A stretch of 64,000 nucleotides of DNA, from assembly GCF_009914755.1 (NCBI RefSeq), contig NC_060939.1; one strand, written 5' to 3'. This stretch comes from the human T2T-CHM13v2.0 reference genome, Homo sapiens. A program made the translations under genes and the position numbers. Positions 47,654 to 61,700 of the stretch are shown piece by piece; position 1 is the first letter of the stretch; every line of letters starts with the position of its first letter. The notes under the pieces are model-generated. The model had not been told where the DNA came from. It was given only the letters and a program-made list of their open reading frames with translations, and did not search any database.

Positions 47654-49634
47654 GGTGGGTAGGTACAGGGAGATGTGCCCCCTTCCCCGTGGGTGCTGGG
47701 TAGGTAAATGTTTCGCAAAGGGCTTTCTTGGGGAGAGGGAACCCTGATTTTCAGTATTTGCCTCTTTTCCTGGTATAAATATTCCCACTGTGGGCAGTAT
47801 CACCTGCCTCTCAAAATTCCTGAAAATTCAACAGTTGGCTCCTGGCAGCTGCTGTGAGCCGTTCCAGCCGGTGACTGTGGTGGCTCCATCCTGCAGGGCC
47901 ATGTGCCCCCACCCCTTGTGCTATGGCCTCCCTCACTTTAGTGTGCTGTGTTTTGCTCTTAGGAATCAATGTCTTTGCAGATAAGGCACCCCAGTAGCTG
48001 GCCGCCACCTGCAGTTCCCTGGTCTGTCTCTTGCTGGCACCAAGCTGTGCTGTGCCTGCTGAGACTGCTGGGCCACCCCCGTGCAGATGGTCTGCGGGGC
48101 TTACTTGATTCCCTTAGCTTCCCAGCCAAGGTGCTGGTGTTGCCAGCAGTGCTAGCAGGAGGAGGGGATAACTAGAGGGGATTTAACTCAACCCGAGGGG
48201 CTCTTACGGGATCTTTCCTGGATATCCCTCCAGGTAGGACTGGCTGCCCTGAGGGTATACAAACCTCCAACTCCTCCAATGGCTGAAGCTACTTCCTCGA
48301 GCAGATGGCAGCTGGCTCAGGCTGGCTAGGGACCAGTGCATGTGAGGTCGGTGCTGGATCACCCCATCAAGGCCATCAGCCTGTGCTTGTTCTTGGGGTT
48401 TGAGGGAAACCCAACAGGGATGAATCACAGTTTTTAACCTGTGTTTGTCTGCCCCCCAGCCCTGGACATCTGCAGGCAAAGTTAAAGTTATATTTGGCTC
48501 TTATCACCGCAAAAGGCATAGACCAGAAATTATGGCATCGGGTTGGAAGTCAGGGAGGCTAATTTGGGGAAACTGCCTGGAGGAAGCAGCAACTCAAAAG
48601 AGGAGGAGTCCCAGTGTGGGACAGAACAGGCCCTGCATAAGAACCACTAATCCCAGGCAAGCCCAGACATGGCCTTCTGCCTGGGGAGGCCCTCTTTGGC
48701 CTGCTCAGCAGACCCTCAGCCCCTTCTAGGCCCTGTCTTCAGCCTCAGACTGAGTGGTGGCCTGGGGAGGTTGGGAGCTGAGCTGTTCTCATCCCTGGTT
48801 CCTTGGCCACGGTGGAAACAATGGGGCCGGATCTGACTGCTCAGCGGGGACTGTGAATAGCTCTCTAGCAGGAAGCAACAGCAGGGGTAGTGGAGGAAGT
48901 GTGGGCCCACTTTGGTTTGACACTGCATATGGTCCCCATCTGGCCTGAGAGCCTTTACTCCTTGGCAAACTCAGGCCAATAAGCTCCTGCCCCCACCCTC
49001 AATGGCAGCTGGAAGAATGGCCTGAGGGAGAAGCAGGGATAGGTGGGCTGCACTGACATCACCCCCAGATCCCAGCCGTGGCCCCAGCCAACCCATGGAG
49101 GTGGGGCATGGCACGGCAGGTGCTGCACAGGAGCCCAAGCACAAGGGCACTTAGGAGAAGGAATCTGAGCAGGGATCGATCTGGCCTGGTGGTGATTCTC
49201 CAGAAACTCCATTCCTCAGGGCTGTGACCACCAAGCCAGGTGATCAGGCCAGTGATGTTTCCCTTTGGGCCAGGTCGGGGAGCCAGACCTGGGAGGGAGA
49301 CTCCTCTGGGGCCCAGGGGAGGTGAGTCAGAGCTGGCAGAGGCCTCTGGCTCCAGGAACCTCCAAGGAGGAGACCTGAGTTGCTGGGAATTTCTGGGTCT
49401 GACCTCCTGCCAAGTCAAGGTCTGGGCTGGACACAAGGTGAGGCTGTGCTTTCTGGTGCCAGGACCAAGGAAATGCTGGGATCTGGGCAGTGCTCAGAGG
49501 CAGCACCGTATGGCAGAACCATGAGGGTGCACCAGCACGGACCCCTTTCTGCAACCCACCCATCCCTCCCTGCAGCACCTCGCCTCCTCCAGGCAAGAAT
49601 CTGAGCCTTGACCACAGCTCCCTCTCTCACACAG

Positions 49635-49798
49635 CTTCCTTCTTTGGTTAGAACCACCCGGAGGTGACTGTGGCCATGGCTCTGACTGACATAGACCTGC
49701 AGCTGCAGTTCTCCATGTCCCAACCCGAAGCCCTCCTTCTCCTGGCAGCAGGCCCAGCTGACCACCTCCTGCTGCAGCTCTACTCTGGACACCTGCAG
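49635..49798 (+). pseudogene. CSPG4P: CSPG4P exon 2 homologue
   Basis: acag|..CAG|gtgagt; SFFG*NHPEVTVAMALTDIDLQLQFS..LQLYSGHLQ; TAG at 49649-49651. Confidence 0.95.
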
Positions 49799-50434
49799 GT
49801 GAGTGACGTCCCCCTGGGATTGGGGCGAGATTCCTTGTCTAGCTTTGAGTGAACCCCAGCTGGCTGTTGACCTTGTGTAAGTCACTTTTCTTGGGGTCTC
49901 AAGTTCTCCACTGTGGGATGGGCAGCAGCAGCTCAGAAATGGTAAATCCTTCATGAACTGGCTCTGCCCACCGGCTCCTTCCAACCATGTTTCCCACCAC
50001 AAGCCCTCACTGGCCCTTTGTGCTCTGACTGCACTGAACTGCTTTCAGTTCCTGGCCATCTTATGGTCACTTGCTGCCAGGCCTTTGGTCATCACACTCC
50101 TCCTGCCAGGTGTGTGACCCACCCATTCCCTGTACCTGCCGAACTCTAGTCTCTCCTTGAAGTTTCAGTGTGGGCATCCCCTCCTCCTCGGCGAGACCCC
50201 CTCCTGGGCCCCCATGACCCCTGCGCATCCTGGTGGCACTGCACCAATTTATCTGCAGCACCACTGTCTGTCCATGAGAGTAACAGCACCAGTACTGCCT
50301 CAGCTTCATTTTTCCATTTCATCCTTCAAGACACCACAAGCTTTATTATCAAGGAGTCTTGTGGCTCCTACTTGAGTCTTACCCCATACCAGGAAGAGTT
50401 TAAGAACCCAGGGTCTTAGTCCAAATTTGGGGCA

Positions 50435-50572
50435 GGCTGGGTGCAGTGGCTTATGCCTATAATCCCACCACTTTGGGAGACCAAGGTGGAAAGATCACTT
50501 GAGCCTAGGAGTTCAAGACTGGCCTGAGCCACACAATGAGACCCCATCTCTATTTTAGAAGGAAAAAAAAAA
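50435..50572 (+). mobile_element. FLAM/Alu left arm
   Basis: Alu monomer with A tail. Confidence 0.85.
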
Positions 50573-51465
50573 CAAATTAACAAATTTGGGGCAGCCATCT
50601 CTTTCCACACCCCAGTGGGAAGAGGACTAGGGCTTGGTCAGTCTGCTGCTGTCATTGCTGCTCATTGCCACAAGGTGTCACTGTTGAACACCTATGTGGT
50701 GCAGTCTGGTGCTGATGGCTGTTGAGCTCTGCAGGTAGTGATGCCACATCCCTACAGAGATGCACCATACCAGGACTCCAAGATCATGGTTCTTAGTGTT
50801 CTGCCTCTGCAGTTCCCATACTCTGCCATCACCTATTCTAGCATCTGGGAGCACCATACCAGAGCCATTTCTTGTGTCAATGTCATGGTGACAGAACTAT
50901 GTCCTTCATCTCTCCTTGAGATATTCCTCCACCACAGGTCAGGCAGCTTTTTTTTTTTTTTTTTTCCCAGAACACAGAGCATCTGCCTGGGCTCCCTGTC
51001 CCTGAACAGTTAGCCTGGCTTCCTTCAGTGACCTCGAGAAACTTTGCCAAACTTAGGGGGACTGATCAACGGATTCTCAGTTACCCATTATTCCAGGGGT
51101 GAAATCTAGATTCCAAGACAATATTTCTGGTGCTTTTCACTCAAGGAAAGAGGAGGAGAATTTAAAAATACAGGTTGGGTTTCTAGAAGAGCATCTTGCT
51201 ATATGTCAGTTCCTTGTGGGCAAGGACCACATCTGATTCACACCAGGGTCCCCAGAGCCCATCCAGGCCTGGCCCAGAGTTTCCTTTGGTGAGTGTTTGG
51301 AGGATGAATAAAGAGATGGCAGGAAGGCAAGAGGAGTGGCACCAGAGGCCCTTGTCCTAGGTTTTCTGCTCTGGGGCCCCCTGTGGGGAACCCACTGTGC
51401 TTTTATAAGGGAAATGATGGATTCAAAGTGCTGCCCCCCATCTCCCATTCCCCGTCTCTCCTCAG

Positions 51466-54400
51466 GTCAGGCTTGTCCTGGGCCAGGAGGAGCTGAGGCT
51501 GCAGACCCCAGCAGAAATTCTACTGAGTGGCTCCGTCCCCCACACCACAGTTCTGACTGTCTCAGAGGACTGGCCCACATTGTCAGTCAATGGGTTTCTG
51601 AATGCCTCCTCTGTAGTCCTGGGAGCCCCCCTAGAAGTCCCCTATGGGCTCTTTGTTGGGAGCACTGGGAGACTTGGCCTGCCCTACCTGAGGGGAACCA
51701 GCCATCCCCTGAGGGGTTGCCTCCATGCAGCCGCTCTCAATGGCCGCAGACTCCTCCAGCCTCTGACCCCCAATAAGCATGAGGGCTGTGCTGAAGAGTT
51801 TTCTGCCAATGATGATGTGGCCCTGGGCTTCTCTGGGTCCCACTCTCTGGCTGCCTTGCCTGCCTGGGGCACTCAGGATGAAGGAACCCTGGAGTTTACA
51901 CTCACCACACAGAGCTGGCAGGCACCCTTGGCCTTCCAGGCAGCAGGCTGGCATGGGGACTTCATCCATGTGGACATATTTGAGGGCCACCTGTGGTCCA
52001 TGGTTGAGAAGGGCCAGGGTACTGTATTGCTCCTCAACAGTGTGCCTGTGACTGACGCACAGCCCCACAAGGTCAGCATCCACATCAACATTCACCAGCT
52101 AGAAATCTCCATGGACCAGTACCCCACACGAACTGAGGAGTCCTCAGCTACCTGGAGCCACGTGACAGTCTCCTTCTTGGGGAGCTGGTTGCAGAGGCCT
52201 CTCATCACCTCCAGGAACACCGCTCAGGCCTGACACCAGGGGCTGCCAATGCCTCCCTGCTGGGCTGGCTGCATGGAAGACCTCAGTGTCAATGGCTAGA
52301 GGCAGGGGCTGTGGGAAGCCTTGCTGACGCACAACATGGTGGCTGGCTGCAGACTGGAGGAGGTAGACAATGCCTATGGCCATTATGAAGCTTTCTCCAC
52401 CCTGGCTCCCAAGGCTTGGCTGTCCGTGGAGCTAGCTGAGCCATGCGTGCCTGAGCCAGGGCTACCTCCTGTCTTTGCCAATTTCATCCAGCTGCTATCA
52501 GCACAGTGGTGGTGACCGAGGGTGGCACAGCCTGGCTTGAGTGGTGGCATGTGCAGCCCATGCTGGCACTGATGGAGGCTGAACTGCGTAAATCCCAGGT
52601 GCTGTTCAGCGTGACCTGAGGGGCACACTACAGCGAGCTCGAGCTGGATGTCCTGGGTGCCCAGGCATGAAAAATGTTCACCCTCCTGGACGTGGTGAAC
52701 TGCAAGGCCCGCTTCATCCACGATGGCCCTGAGGACACCTCTGACCAGCTGGTGCTGGAGGTGTCAGTGATGGCTTGGTTGCCCATGCCCTCATGCCTGC
52801 GGAGGGGCCAAACAGACCTCCTGCCCATCCAGGTCAACCCTGTCAATGACCCACCCCACATCATCTTCCCACATGGCAGCCTTATGGTGATCCTGGAACA
52901 CACACAGAAGCCTCTGGGGCCTGAGGTTCTCCAGGCCTATGACCTGGACTCTGCCTGTGAGGGCCTCGCCTTCCAGCTCCTTGGCACCCCCTCTGGCCTC
53001 CCCATGGAGCACCGAGACCAGCCTGGGGAGCCGGTGACTGAGTTCTCCTGCTGGGAGTTGGAGGCCGGCAGCCTAGTCTATGTCCACTGTGGTGGCCCTA
53101 CACAGGACTTGACATTCCGGGTCAGCAATGGACTGCAGGCCAGCCCCCCGGCCATGCTGAAGGTGGTGGCTGTCCAGCTGGCCATACAAATCCACCGCAG
53201 CACAGGGCTGCATCTGGCCCAGGGCTCTGCCATGCCCATCTTGCCTACCAACCTGTTGGTGGAGACCAGCGCCGTGGGGCAGGATGTGACCGTGCTGTTC
53301 CGTGTCACCGGAGGCCTGCCGTTCAGGGAGCTGCAGAAGCAGGGGGCTGGTGGGGTGGAGGATGCTGAGTGGTGGGTCACACAGGCGTTCCACCAGCAGG
53401 ATGTGGAGCAGGGCCACGTGAGGTACCTGAGCACTGACCCACAGCACTACACCGAGGACACCGTGGAGAACCTGGATCTGCAGGTGCAGGTGAGCTGGGA
53501 AATCCTGAGCAATCTGTCCTTCCTAGTGACCATCCAGAGAGCCACTGTGTGGATGCTGCAGCTGGAGCCACTGCACACTCAGAACACCCAGCAGGAGGCC
53601 CTCACCACAGCCCACCTGGAGGCCACCCTGGAGGAGGCAGGCCCAAGCCCCCCAACCTTCCACTGTGAGGTGGTTCAGGCTCCCAGGAAAGGCAACTTTC
53701 AACTACAGGGCACGATGCTGTCAGACGGTCAGGGCTTCACCCAGGATGACGTACAGGCTGCAGAGGTGACCTATGGGGCCATGGCACGTGCCTCAGTGGC
53801 AGTGGAGGACACCTTCTGTTTCCATGTCACAGCTCCACCATATTTCTCCCCACTCTGTACCTTCTCCATCCATATTGGCGGTGACCCAGACATGCCTGTC
53901 CTCGTGGTGCCCGAGGGTGGTGGGTGTGTCCTCTCTGCTGACCAGCTCTTCATCAAGAGTCTCAACAGTGCCAGGTACCTCTATGAGGTCATGGAGCAGC
54001 CCCGCCATGGGAGGTTGACTTGGCGTGGGACACAGGACAAGATCACTATGGTGACATCCTTCACCAATGGAGACCTGATGCATGGCCAGCTGGTCTAGCA
54101 GCATGATGACTCTGAGATCACTAGAAGATGATATCCCATTTCCTGCTGCCATCAGGACCAGAGCAGTGGTGACGTGGCCTGGGAGGAGGTATGGGGTGTC
54201 TTCTGAGTGGCCATCCAGCCTGTGAATGACCACGCCCCTATGCAGACCATCAGCTGCGTCTTCCACGTGGCCTGGGGTAGGTGGCGGCTGCTGACTACAG
54301 ACAACATGGCCTTCAGCAATGCTGATTCGGGCTTTGCTGAGGCCCAGCTGGTGCTGACCCACCAGGACCTCCTCTCTGGCAGTATCATGGCCACGGATGA

Positions 54401-54970
54401 GCCCATGCAGCCCATCTGCCGCTTCATCCAGGAGGGGCCTCAGGAAGAGGCGAGTCCTGTTCACACACTCAGGCTGACCACGGCTGGATCCCGCTGCAGG
54501 TGTCCGATGGGCAGCACCAGGCCATCACGGTGCTGGAGGTGCAGGCCTTGGAGCCTTACCTCTGTGTGGCCAATGGCTCCGGCCTCATGGTTCCTCAAGG
54601 AGGCCAGGGTACCATCAACATGGCCGAGCTCCACCTGGGCACCAACCTCAACATCTGCAGTAGGGATGAGGCCCACTACCACGTCACAGACAGCCCTCAC
54701 TGGGGACAGTTGCTCCAAGCCACTCAGCCAGCCACAGCCTTCTCTCAGCAGGACCTGCTGGTTGGGGCTGTTTTCTATGGCCACAATGGCAGCCTCAGCT
54801 CCCGCAACACCCTGGCCTTCTCAATGGATGTGGGACCAGTGCACACAGATGCCACCCTACAAGTGACCATTGCCCTAGAGGGCCCAGTAGCCCCACTGAA
54901 GCTGGCCCAGCACAAGGAGATCTACATCTTCCAGGGAGAGGCAGCTGAGATCAGAAGGGACCAGCTGGAG
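51466..54970 (+). pseudogene. CSPG4P: CSPG4P exon 3 homologue (laminin-G domains plus CSPG repeats)
   Basis: ctcag|GTCAGGCTT..CTGGAG|gtgagg; ORF pieces 51580-52233, 52674-54098, 54207-, 54500- match CSPG4; stops at 52297, 52617, 52668, 54096. Confidence 0.95.
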
Positions 54971-56158
54971 GTGAGGAGCTGGAGGTGGTGAGCGGGGTGT
55001 GGACCAGGTAGAGGGCCTTCCTCCCAGCCTCCATGCCGGGAACACATGTGACTTGGGCTGTACCTGTGGTGGTCCCAGCTTGTGTGTGTGCACGTGCCTC
55101 AGATGTGCTCCCATATATGTTGTGTTCCCAAGAGTTTCTGGGGAGCTTGCTGTACACCCATCCTCCTGGGAGTGGTGTGTGCCTCTAGAGCTGGTGTCCA
55201 CTCATGTCCATGGCATGGCTGAGCATGCAGATTCCTGGACGCCACCCAGCCCTACAGAATCTCTGAAGTGGAGCCCGAGAATCTGCATTGCAGTCAGTTC
55301 CCTGGGAGGGCATCACGGGTCCTGAACTTTTGGGATTGCTGGCCGTGGAGACAGGCCGCTGCCTCTCAGACCCCTGTGTACCCCGCTCTCTTCTCAGAGC
55401 CCAGACCAGGACCAGGAGGGTCTGTCAAGGGCTTCTGCTCACCCAGGAACCCCACAGAGCAGCCACGGGCCTTCCAGAGATCTGACATGCCCTGTGACCT
55501 CAGGCCAGTCCTTGCCCGCTCTCAGCCTTACTCTTCCACACTGCTTATTTCGGAGACCCTTCTGGTCTGCATCTGGAGCTTGGGGCCCATGGTGAGCCAG
55601 CAGATCTGGCATCAGGAAGGCCTCATGGGAGGAGGCAGTGTTTGGGCCGGGCTCTGAAGAGTACAGGCCATTAGGAGCAGAGAATGGGGAGTGGTATTCC
55701 ACGCAAAAGGAACATTCCGGCCGAAGGCACAAAACAGGAATGTGAGTTTGGAGGCAGTTTAGCCTCTTGTGGATGGCCCATCAGGTGAGGGAGCCCATGT
55801 GGCCTTTGGGGTGTGAGCTCTGTAGGGCCTGTGCTGGGGGTGCCTGTGCCTCTAGGAGGGGTGGGGTGGGGTGGGGCAGGGCACCCTCTGATGGTCCTGG
55901 GTGGTAATAGCAGGGGTTGGGGAGGATGCTGCCAGCAAACCAGCCACAGGCCTGAACAGATCCTGAGCAGGGGGCCTGTGTGCGTGTGCACACACGCATG
56001 TGTACCTGTACCTGTGTGACTGCGTCAGCATCTGATGAACTCATATGTCTGTGTCACTGAGTCTGGGGACATGTGATTATGCACCTCCCTGAGGGAGTGC
56101 ATCTCAAGCTGTTGACCGACACCCCGTAACCATGTGTGGGGTGGGTATTAACATGTGA

Positions 56159-56362
56159 CCAGCTGGGGCAACCCAGTGAAACCCCATCTCTACACAAAAC
56201 ATTTAAAAATTAGCCAGGCATGGTGGCACATGACTGTGGTCCCAGCTACTTGGGAGGCTGAGCCCTTGAGCCTAGGACGTTGAGGCTGCAGGGAGCTGTG
56301 ATCACACCACAGCACTCCAGCCTGGGTGACAGAGTGGGACCCTGTCTCAAAAAAACAAAAAA
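56159..56362 (+). mobile_element. Partial AluJ
   Basis: Linker plus right arm. Confidence 0.85.
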
Positions 56363-56550
56363 TGTGACCAGCTGCATGTCTGGCTGCTGTGTGTGTGAAC
56401 CCACATGTGTGTGTGTCACTAAATGAGCAGTGGTATCTGGGGAAATAAGTGGAGCAAGATCAAGGCTGTTCTGGCTGCTTAGGGCCACAGTGGGCCCCTC
56501 TGAGACCCCTCTGCATTCCCTTGTGAGTCCTCATGACCTCTGTTAACCAG

Positions 56551-57037
56551 GTAGCCCAGGAGGCAGTGCCGCCAGCAGACATCGTTTTCTCAGTGAAGAG
56601 CCCACCGAGTGCCGGCTACCTGGTGATGGTGCTGCGTGGCATCTTGGCAGATGAGCCACCCAGCCTGGACCCCGTGCAGAGCTTCTCCCAAGAGGCAGTG
56701 GACACAGGCAGGATCCTCTACCTGCACTCCCGCCCTGAGGCCCGGAGCCATGCCTTCTCGCTGGATGTGGCCTCGGCCTGGGTGCTCCCCTTGAGGACGT
56801 CACGTGGAGCTGGAGGTGCTGCCTGCTGTCATCCCCACTGGGGGCACAAAACTTCAGCAGTAGAGGGGGCACAGTCGCAGCTGCACCCTGGCCCCTCCAC
56901 TGCTCCGCGTTGCCAGGTCCTACTTCCCCACTCTCCCGGGCCTTGGCCTGCAGGTGCTGGAGCCACCCCGGCATGGGGCCCTGCAGAAGGAGGATGGGCC
57001 TCAAGCCAGGACCCTCAGCACCTTCTGCTGGAGAGAG
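56551..57037 (+). pseudogene. CSPG4P: CSPG4P exon 4 homologue
   Basis: ccag|GTAGCCCAGGAG..GAG|gta; AQEAVPPADIVFSVKSPPSAGYLVMV; frameshift after AFSLDVAS. Confidence 0.9.
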
Positions 57038-57185
57038 GTACGGCTGTGAGAGAGGCCCAGGGGCTGCAGCCCAGCTCTGGGGGCAGAGTGGAGGGAGCCC
57101 CGGGGACTCCCAGTCCAGGGGTTATACAGAGAGGAGACAGGGAGTCACATTTCAGAAAGACCTATGCTTTAGATGCTGTATCTCG

Positions 57186-57522
<337 letters not shown>

Positions 57523-57647
57523 TTATGGTCCCCATTTTCCACCAATGGAAGCTGAGGCCCTAAAAGGGTCAGTCTCTTCCTGCACCCAAAGGCAGAACAT
57601 GAAGGGTACTGCTGGGGCCTGACTGCCAGCCCTGGGCCTGCCCCTAG

Positions 57648-57818
57648 GTGGAAGAGCATCTGATCCAGTACCTGCACGATGGGAGCAAGACACTGACGGT
57701 TTTGTCCTGATGGCTAATGCCTCTGAGATGGACCGCCAGAGCCATCCTGTGGCCTTCACTGTCACCATCCTGCCTGTCAATGGCCAACCCCCGACCTCAT
57801 ACAAACTCAGGCCTGCAG
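57648..57818 (+). pseudogene. CSPG4P: CSPG4P exon 5 homologue
   Basis: ctag|GTGGAAGAG..CAG|gtgagc; MANASEMDRQSHPVAFTVTILPVN. Confidence 0.9.
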
Positions 57819-57897
57819 GTGAGCATATTCCTGGGACCACCCCCCATGTCTGCTTTGAGAAAGAGGCCAATGTCCCCTACTTCCCGGCACAGATCTC

Positions 57898-58000
57898 CCC
57901 CCCTCTGAGCCTCAGTTTCCTCCTCTGCAAAATGAGGACACTACTGTGTGCCTCACGCAGTTGTTGGAAGGAGAGATGTGAGATTGTGCTGAAATAGAAC
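57898..58000. mobile_element. MIR fragment
   Basis: Core 'ctctgagcctcagtttcctcctctgcaaaatgagga'. Confidence 0.7.
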
Positions 58001-59436
58001 ACAGGTGGGAGGTTTTGTTATTGGACATTTGCAAGTACGGTAGGCAGACTTCTGAGCAGCCATGGGTGGCTCTGCTGTTCCTTCTCCTGTGGCTTAGGAC
58101 CAGAACACCTGAAAGAATCACTTACAAGCCCTTAAGGGCTGGCGTCAGGGTGGGACCGTTAAGCTTCCCACCTTCACCCCAGCAAGTGGAGGCCTCAGCT
58201 TGGCTTCCCAAACTCCTGCCCCTTGTCCACAGCAGAGCAGGGCCCCCATTTGGCAAAGGTGGAAGTTGAGGCCCAGAGATGGGATGGAACTTCTCCATGA
58301 TTGCAAAAGTAGTTCTGGTGGAACAGAAAGGGCATGGCTTTACTAAGCCCACGTGGCAGGGCTTTGAACCCCAGCTTCTGGGGCGCGTCCTCCCCAGTCA
58401 GCAGAAGCCACTGAAGGTTCCGCAAGAGGGCTGACTTGGGCTGTCTCTGACATGGGGCACCGGGGGGCTTTGGTGGTCTAGGATGTGCCTGTAGGGGGTG
58501 GCCTCATGGTGTGGACGCCACAGAAGAGTGGGACACAGCACCCTGGAACCACAGGCTGGGATGGCTGTGTGGCAGTGCGGCCACCAGGTGGTGCCATCTA
58601 CCCGTGTTTGTTCCGGGAGCCCAGTGATGGGGCCCTGCCTCCCACAGTATGGCCCCTCTTGCCAAGGCTCGGCCTGAGGGCTCCCTGCGGCCAGGGGAGG
58701 AAGCCCAGGAATGCCAGAGGGCTGTTTTCTGGGCATGTGAGTCCCACTGCAGCACTGCCCACAAGTAATTGACCCAGCAAGAGTGGTACCAGGACCTCAG
58801 GAACGGGTGCCTGTTCTGCTTGCTAGTGGGAGGCCTGAAAAGGGGCCCCCTTTGCCCAACACGAGGAGGGCCCGTAACTGCTCTGGAAGCACCTGGGCCC
58901 ATCCCAGCACTGCTTCTGTGCTGCAGGACAGTGCCAACCATCAGGCTTCAGCTCTCTGCGCCTCCCACCCCTCCCTTAGCTGGAAGGAGTGCTCGTTTCT
59001 AAAATCACTGTTCCCACCTGTGCCCAGCCCCTGCCAGGCACACATGGAGGGTCTGAAAGGAGACTGCTGCCCCACCAGTGAGCTAGATTAAGGAGCACTG
59101 TTGGTCAGCGCTGGGGGTTTCTGGGGGTGAGAACTTGGTGACGGTAAGAGCTAGGGCCTTCCTGGGTTGGGTACACAAGCTGGTCTTGAGGGACACACAG
59201 GACTAGGACAGATGAAGAGCAGGGATGCTGGGCCTGGAGGGTGGCCTTCCCTGGGGTGACAGGGAAGGTGAATGCAGGGAGGCCATTTGTGCAGGGGAGC
59301 CACAGCAGCGCCAGCCTTGATGCCACCTGAGGGCCTGAGCCTCAGTGGGGTTGGAGCCCTGGTGGCAGCCCAGGGCCGGGGAGGAAGGGGTGGGTAAGTG
59401 TGGCAGGGCAGAACCTTCACAGGCCTGTGTCCCCAG

Positions 59437-59635
59437 ATGTGGGAGGGGGCCACCGTGCCCATCCCTACAGAGGCTCTGAGGAGCATGGATGGTTACTCTG
59501 GGCCCAAGGACCTGGTGTACACCATTAAGCAGCCCAGCAATGGGTGGGTAGTGCAGTGGGCGGTGCCGGGCACTGAGGTGCGCAGCTTCATGCAGACCCA
59601 GCTGGATGGTGGGCTCGTGCTGTTCTCACACAGAG
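59437..59635 (+). pseudogene. CSPG4P: CSPG4P exon 6 homologue
   Basis: ccag|ATGTGGGAG..AGAG|gtgg; MWEGATVPIPTEALRS..LDGGLVLFSHR, open frame. Confidence 0.92.
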
Positions 59636-59736
59636 GTGGGTGCTGAGGGCCGAGCCCCAGGTTTCTGCTGCCCACGGGGGCACCCTGAGGTGGGGAGCCA
59701 GTTCAGGCCAGCTGGACCCAACACCCTTGTCCCCAG

Positions 59737-59869
59737 GGGCCCTGGACGGAGGCATCCACTTTGGCCTCTCTGACGGTGAACATACTTCCTCCAGACACTT
59801 AGTTTCTGAGTGACGGCCCAGAAGCAAGTGCTTCACTCGCTGGAGGGCAGCCGGACACTGACTGCCCAG
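59737..59869 (+). pseudogene. CSPG4P: CSPG4P exon 7 homologue
   Basis: ccag|GGGCCCTGGACGGAGGC..CCAG|gtgg; LDGGIHFGLSDGEHTS; disrupted. Confidence 0.88.
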
Positions 59870-60012
59870 GTGGGTGTGCTGATTGTGGGCGTTCCTGGGT
59901 GCGGGGGGCTGGGGCAGAGCTGAGGGTGGCATGCCAGGGTCACACTGCCTCTCTGCAGCCACAGGCCTCGGCCTGGATCACAAAGGCTGATGGCCCCTTT
60001 TGCCTCTGGCAG

Positions 60013-60171
60013 AGTCCGTCCAGCCACTCAGCACCCAGAGCCTCAGAGCCAGCAGGCACCGACCCCCAGCTCCTGCTCTACCATGTGGTGCGGGGCCTCC
60101 AGCTAGGCCGGCTCTTCCACGCCCAGCATGACAGCACAGGGGAGGACCTGGTGAACTTCACTCAGGGAGAG
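60013..60171 (+). pseudogene. CSPG4P: CSPG4P exon 8 homologue
   Basis: gcag|AGTCCGTCCAG..GAG|gtaagg; GTDPQLLLYHVVRGLQLGRLFHAQHDSTGEDLVNFTQGE. Confidence 0.9.
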
Positions 60172-61604
60172 GTAAGGGCCCCACTCTGCAGCCACCACTC
60201 AGATGCGCCCAGCCTCAGGTGGCCACTGTGCCATGGACATCATGTGGACATGGGCACCAGCTCCAGCATCACCGGCAGCAGACACTCCCAGGCCTGCCAT
60301 GGTCCAGGACCTGGTGTCCTGCCCTCTAGGAGTCATCAGGCTGGCAGGGCAAGTTCATGTTCCCAGAAGGAGGGAGAAGAATGCAGGAAGTCGGGGATAC
60401 AGGGCCCCAGAGCAGGGCTGGGGTCTTGGGGTGTGGCTTCCCGAAGGAAGCTAGAGCTGGACCCAAGGGTCTGGAGAGGGAGAACCATGTAGGGGCACTA
60501 GTGGCACCCCAGCAGCTGGTGAGGGGCAGTGCTTGGTGGGGGATGGAGTCGGAGGTGAAGCAGCTGCTGGGGCCTGTGGGCAGAGGTGTGAGCCTCGGGC
60601 TCAGATCAGGTGCCAGCCAGAGGAAGAGTGGATCCTAGGAGCAGATGAGCTGATGAAAGGCAGCTGAGTCGGCCAAAAGGGGGAAGCCACTGTTCATCTG
60701 TCCTGGTGGCTTCAGAGAAGAACTAGAGCTCTCAGCCATGGGTAGTGGCAGACTCTCTGTGGTAACTGTGCCATGGGGGCCAGCCCACTCATGGTTTAAA
60801 TGAACACCTCTCCCCAAAGGCAGAATGGGAGTTGTTCCATAGCAGAGCAGGGCAGGGCAGGGCAGACTCTTGTGGGCCGCCCTGGGCAGGCAGCACACCT
60901 GATGCTCCCATCAGGAGGCTGCGTGAGCATCTGGACCCAGCACATGATCACAGTGAGTTCTCGGCAGGGAGCGGTCTTGTGGGGCGCAGAGCTGACTCTG
61001 TCACTCAGGAGCCACGGCACGCAGCACTGCCCCAAGTACCTCCAGAGGGGATCCCTGTCAGCCCTTGAAAATGGCAGAGCCCACCCCAGCCCCCTTTTCA
61101 AGCTCCCTTGCTTCGGCAAGGACCTCCTGAGCCTGGCGCTCTCCCTCCTGAGAGGTGCAGATGGTACTCAGCAAGTGCAAAGCCGAGGTTTCTTGGGCCT
61201 CTCACATCAGCACCTCCCAGACCTCGGTTCTGTATTTCCCTGGAGCTCCACTCCTGCTATGGTGCCCTTCCCACAATGAGATATTCATCAGGCTGGTGTC
61301 TACAGCTGCTGCGTACCCTCAGTTGCTGGGAGCCTTTGTCAAGAATGCCCAGGAATGAGGAGGGCACAGGACCCAGACCATCAGCAACCCTCTTGCACTC
61401 TATAGTCCCATGTTACTCAGAGCTTCCCCATGCTCCAGCAAGATGAAGGACTAGATTGAATGGGCACCAGGCTGGCAGTGCCACCCAGGAAAGCTGGGAA
61501 GAGGCTACATGGGCTACCTGGCCCACTCAGGGAGGAGGGCAGGACTGGGTATTGTCTTGACAGCAACCCTGTCCCACAACACTGAACTGGGCAGGGAAGG
61601 GGTC

Positions 61605-61700
61605 AGGTGTCCTCATTTTTCAGATAAGAAAACTGAAGCTCCCAGAGGGCAGGTAAATGTATTCAGAGCACATGGCGAGTAAGAGGCAAATCTTCTGCCA
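61605..61700. mobile_element. MIR fragment
   Basis: 'cctcatttttcagataagaaaactgaagctcccagagg'. Confidence 0.65.
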
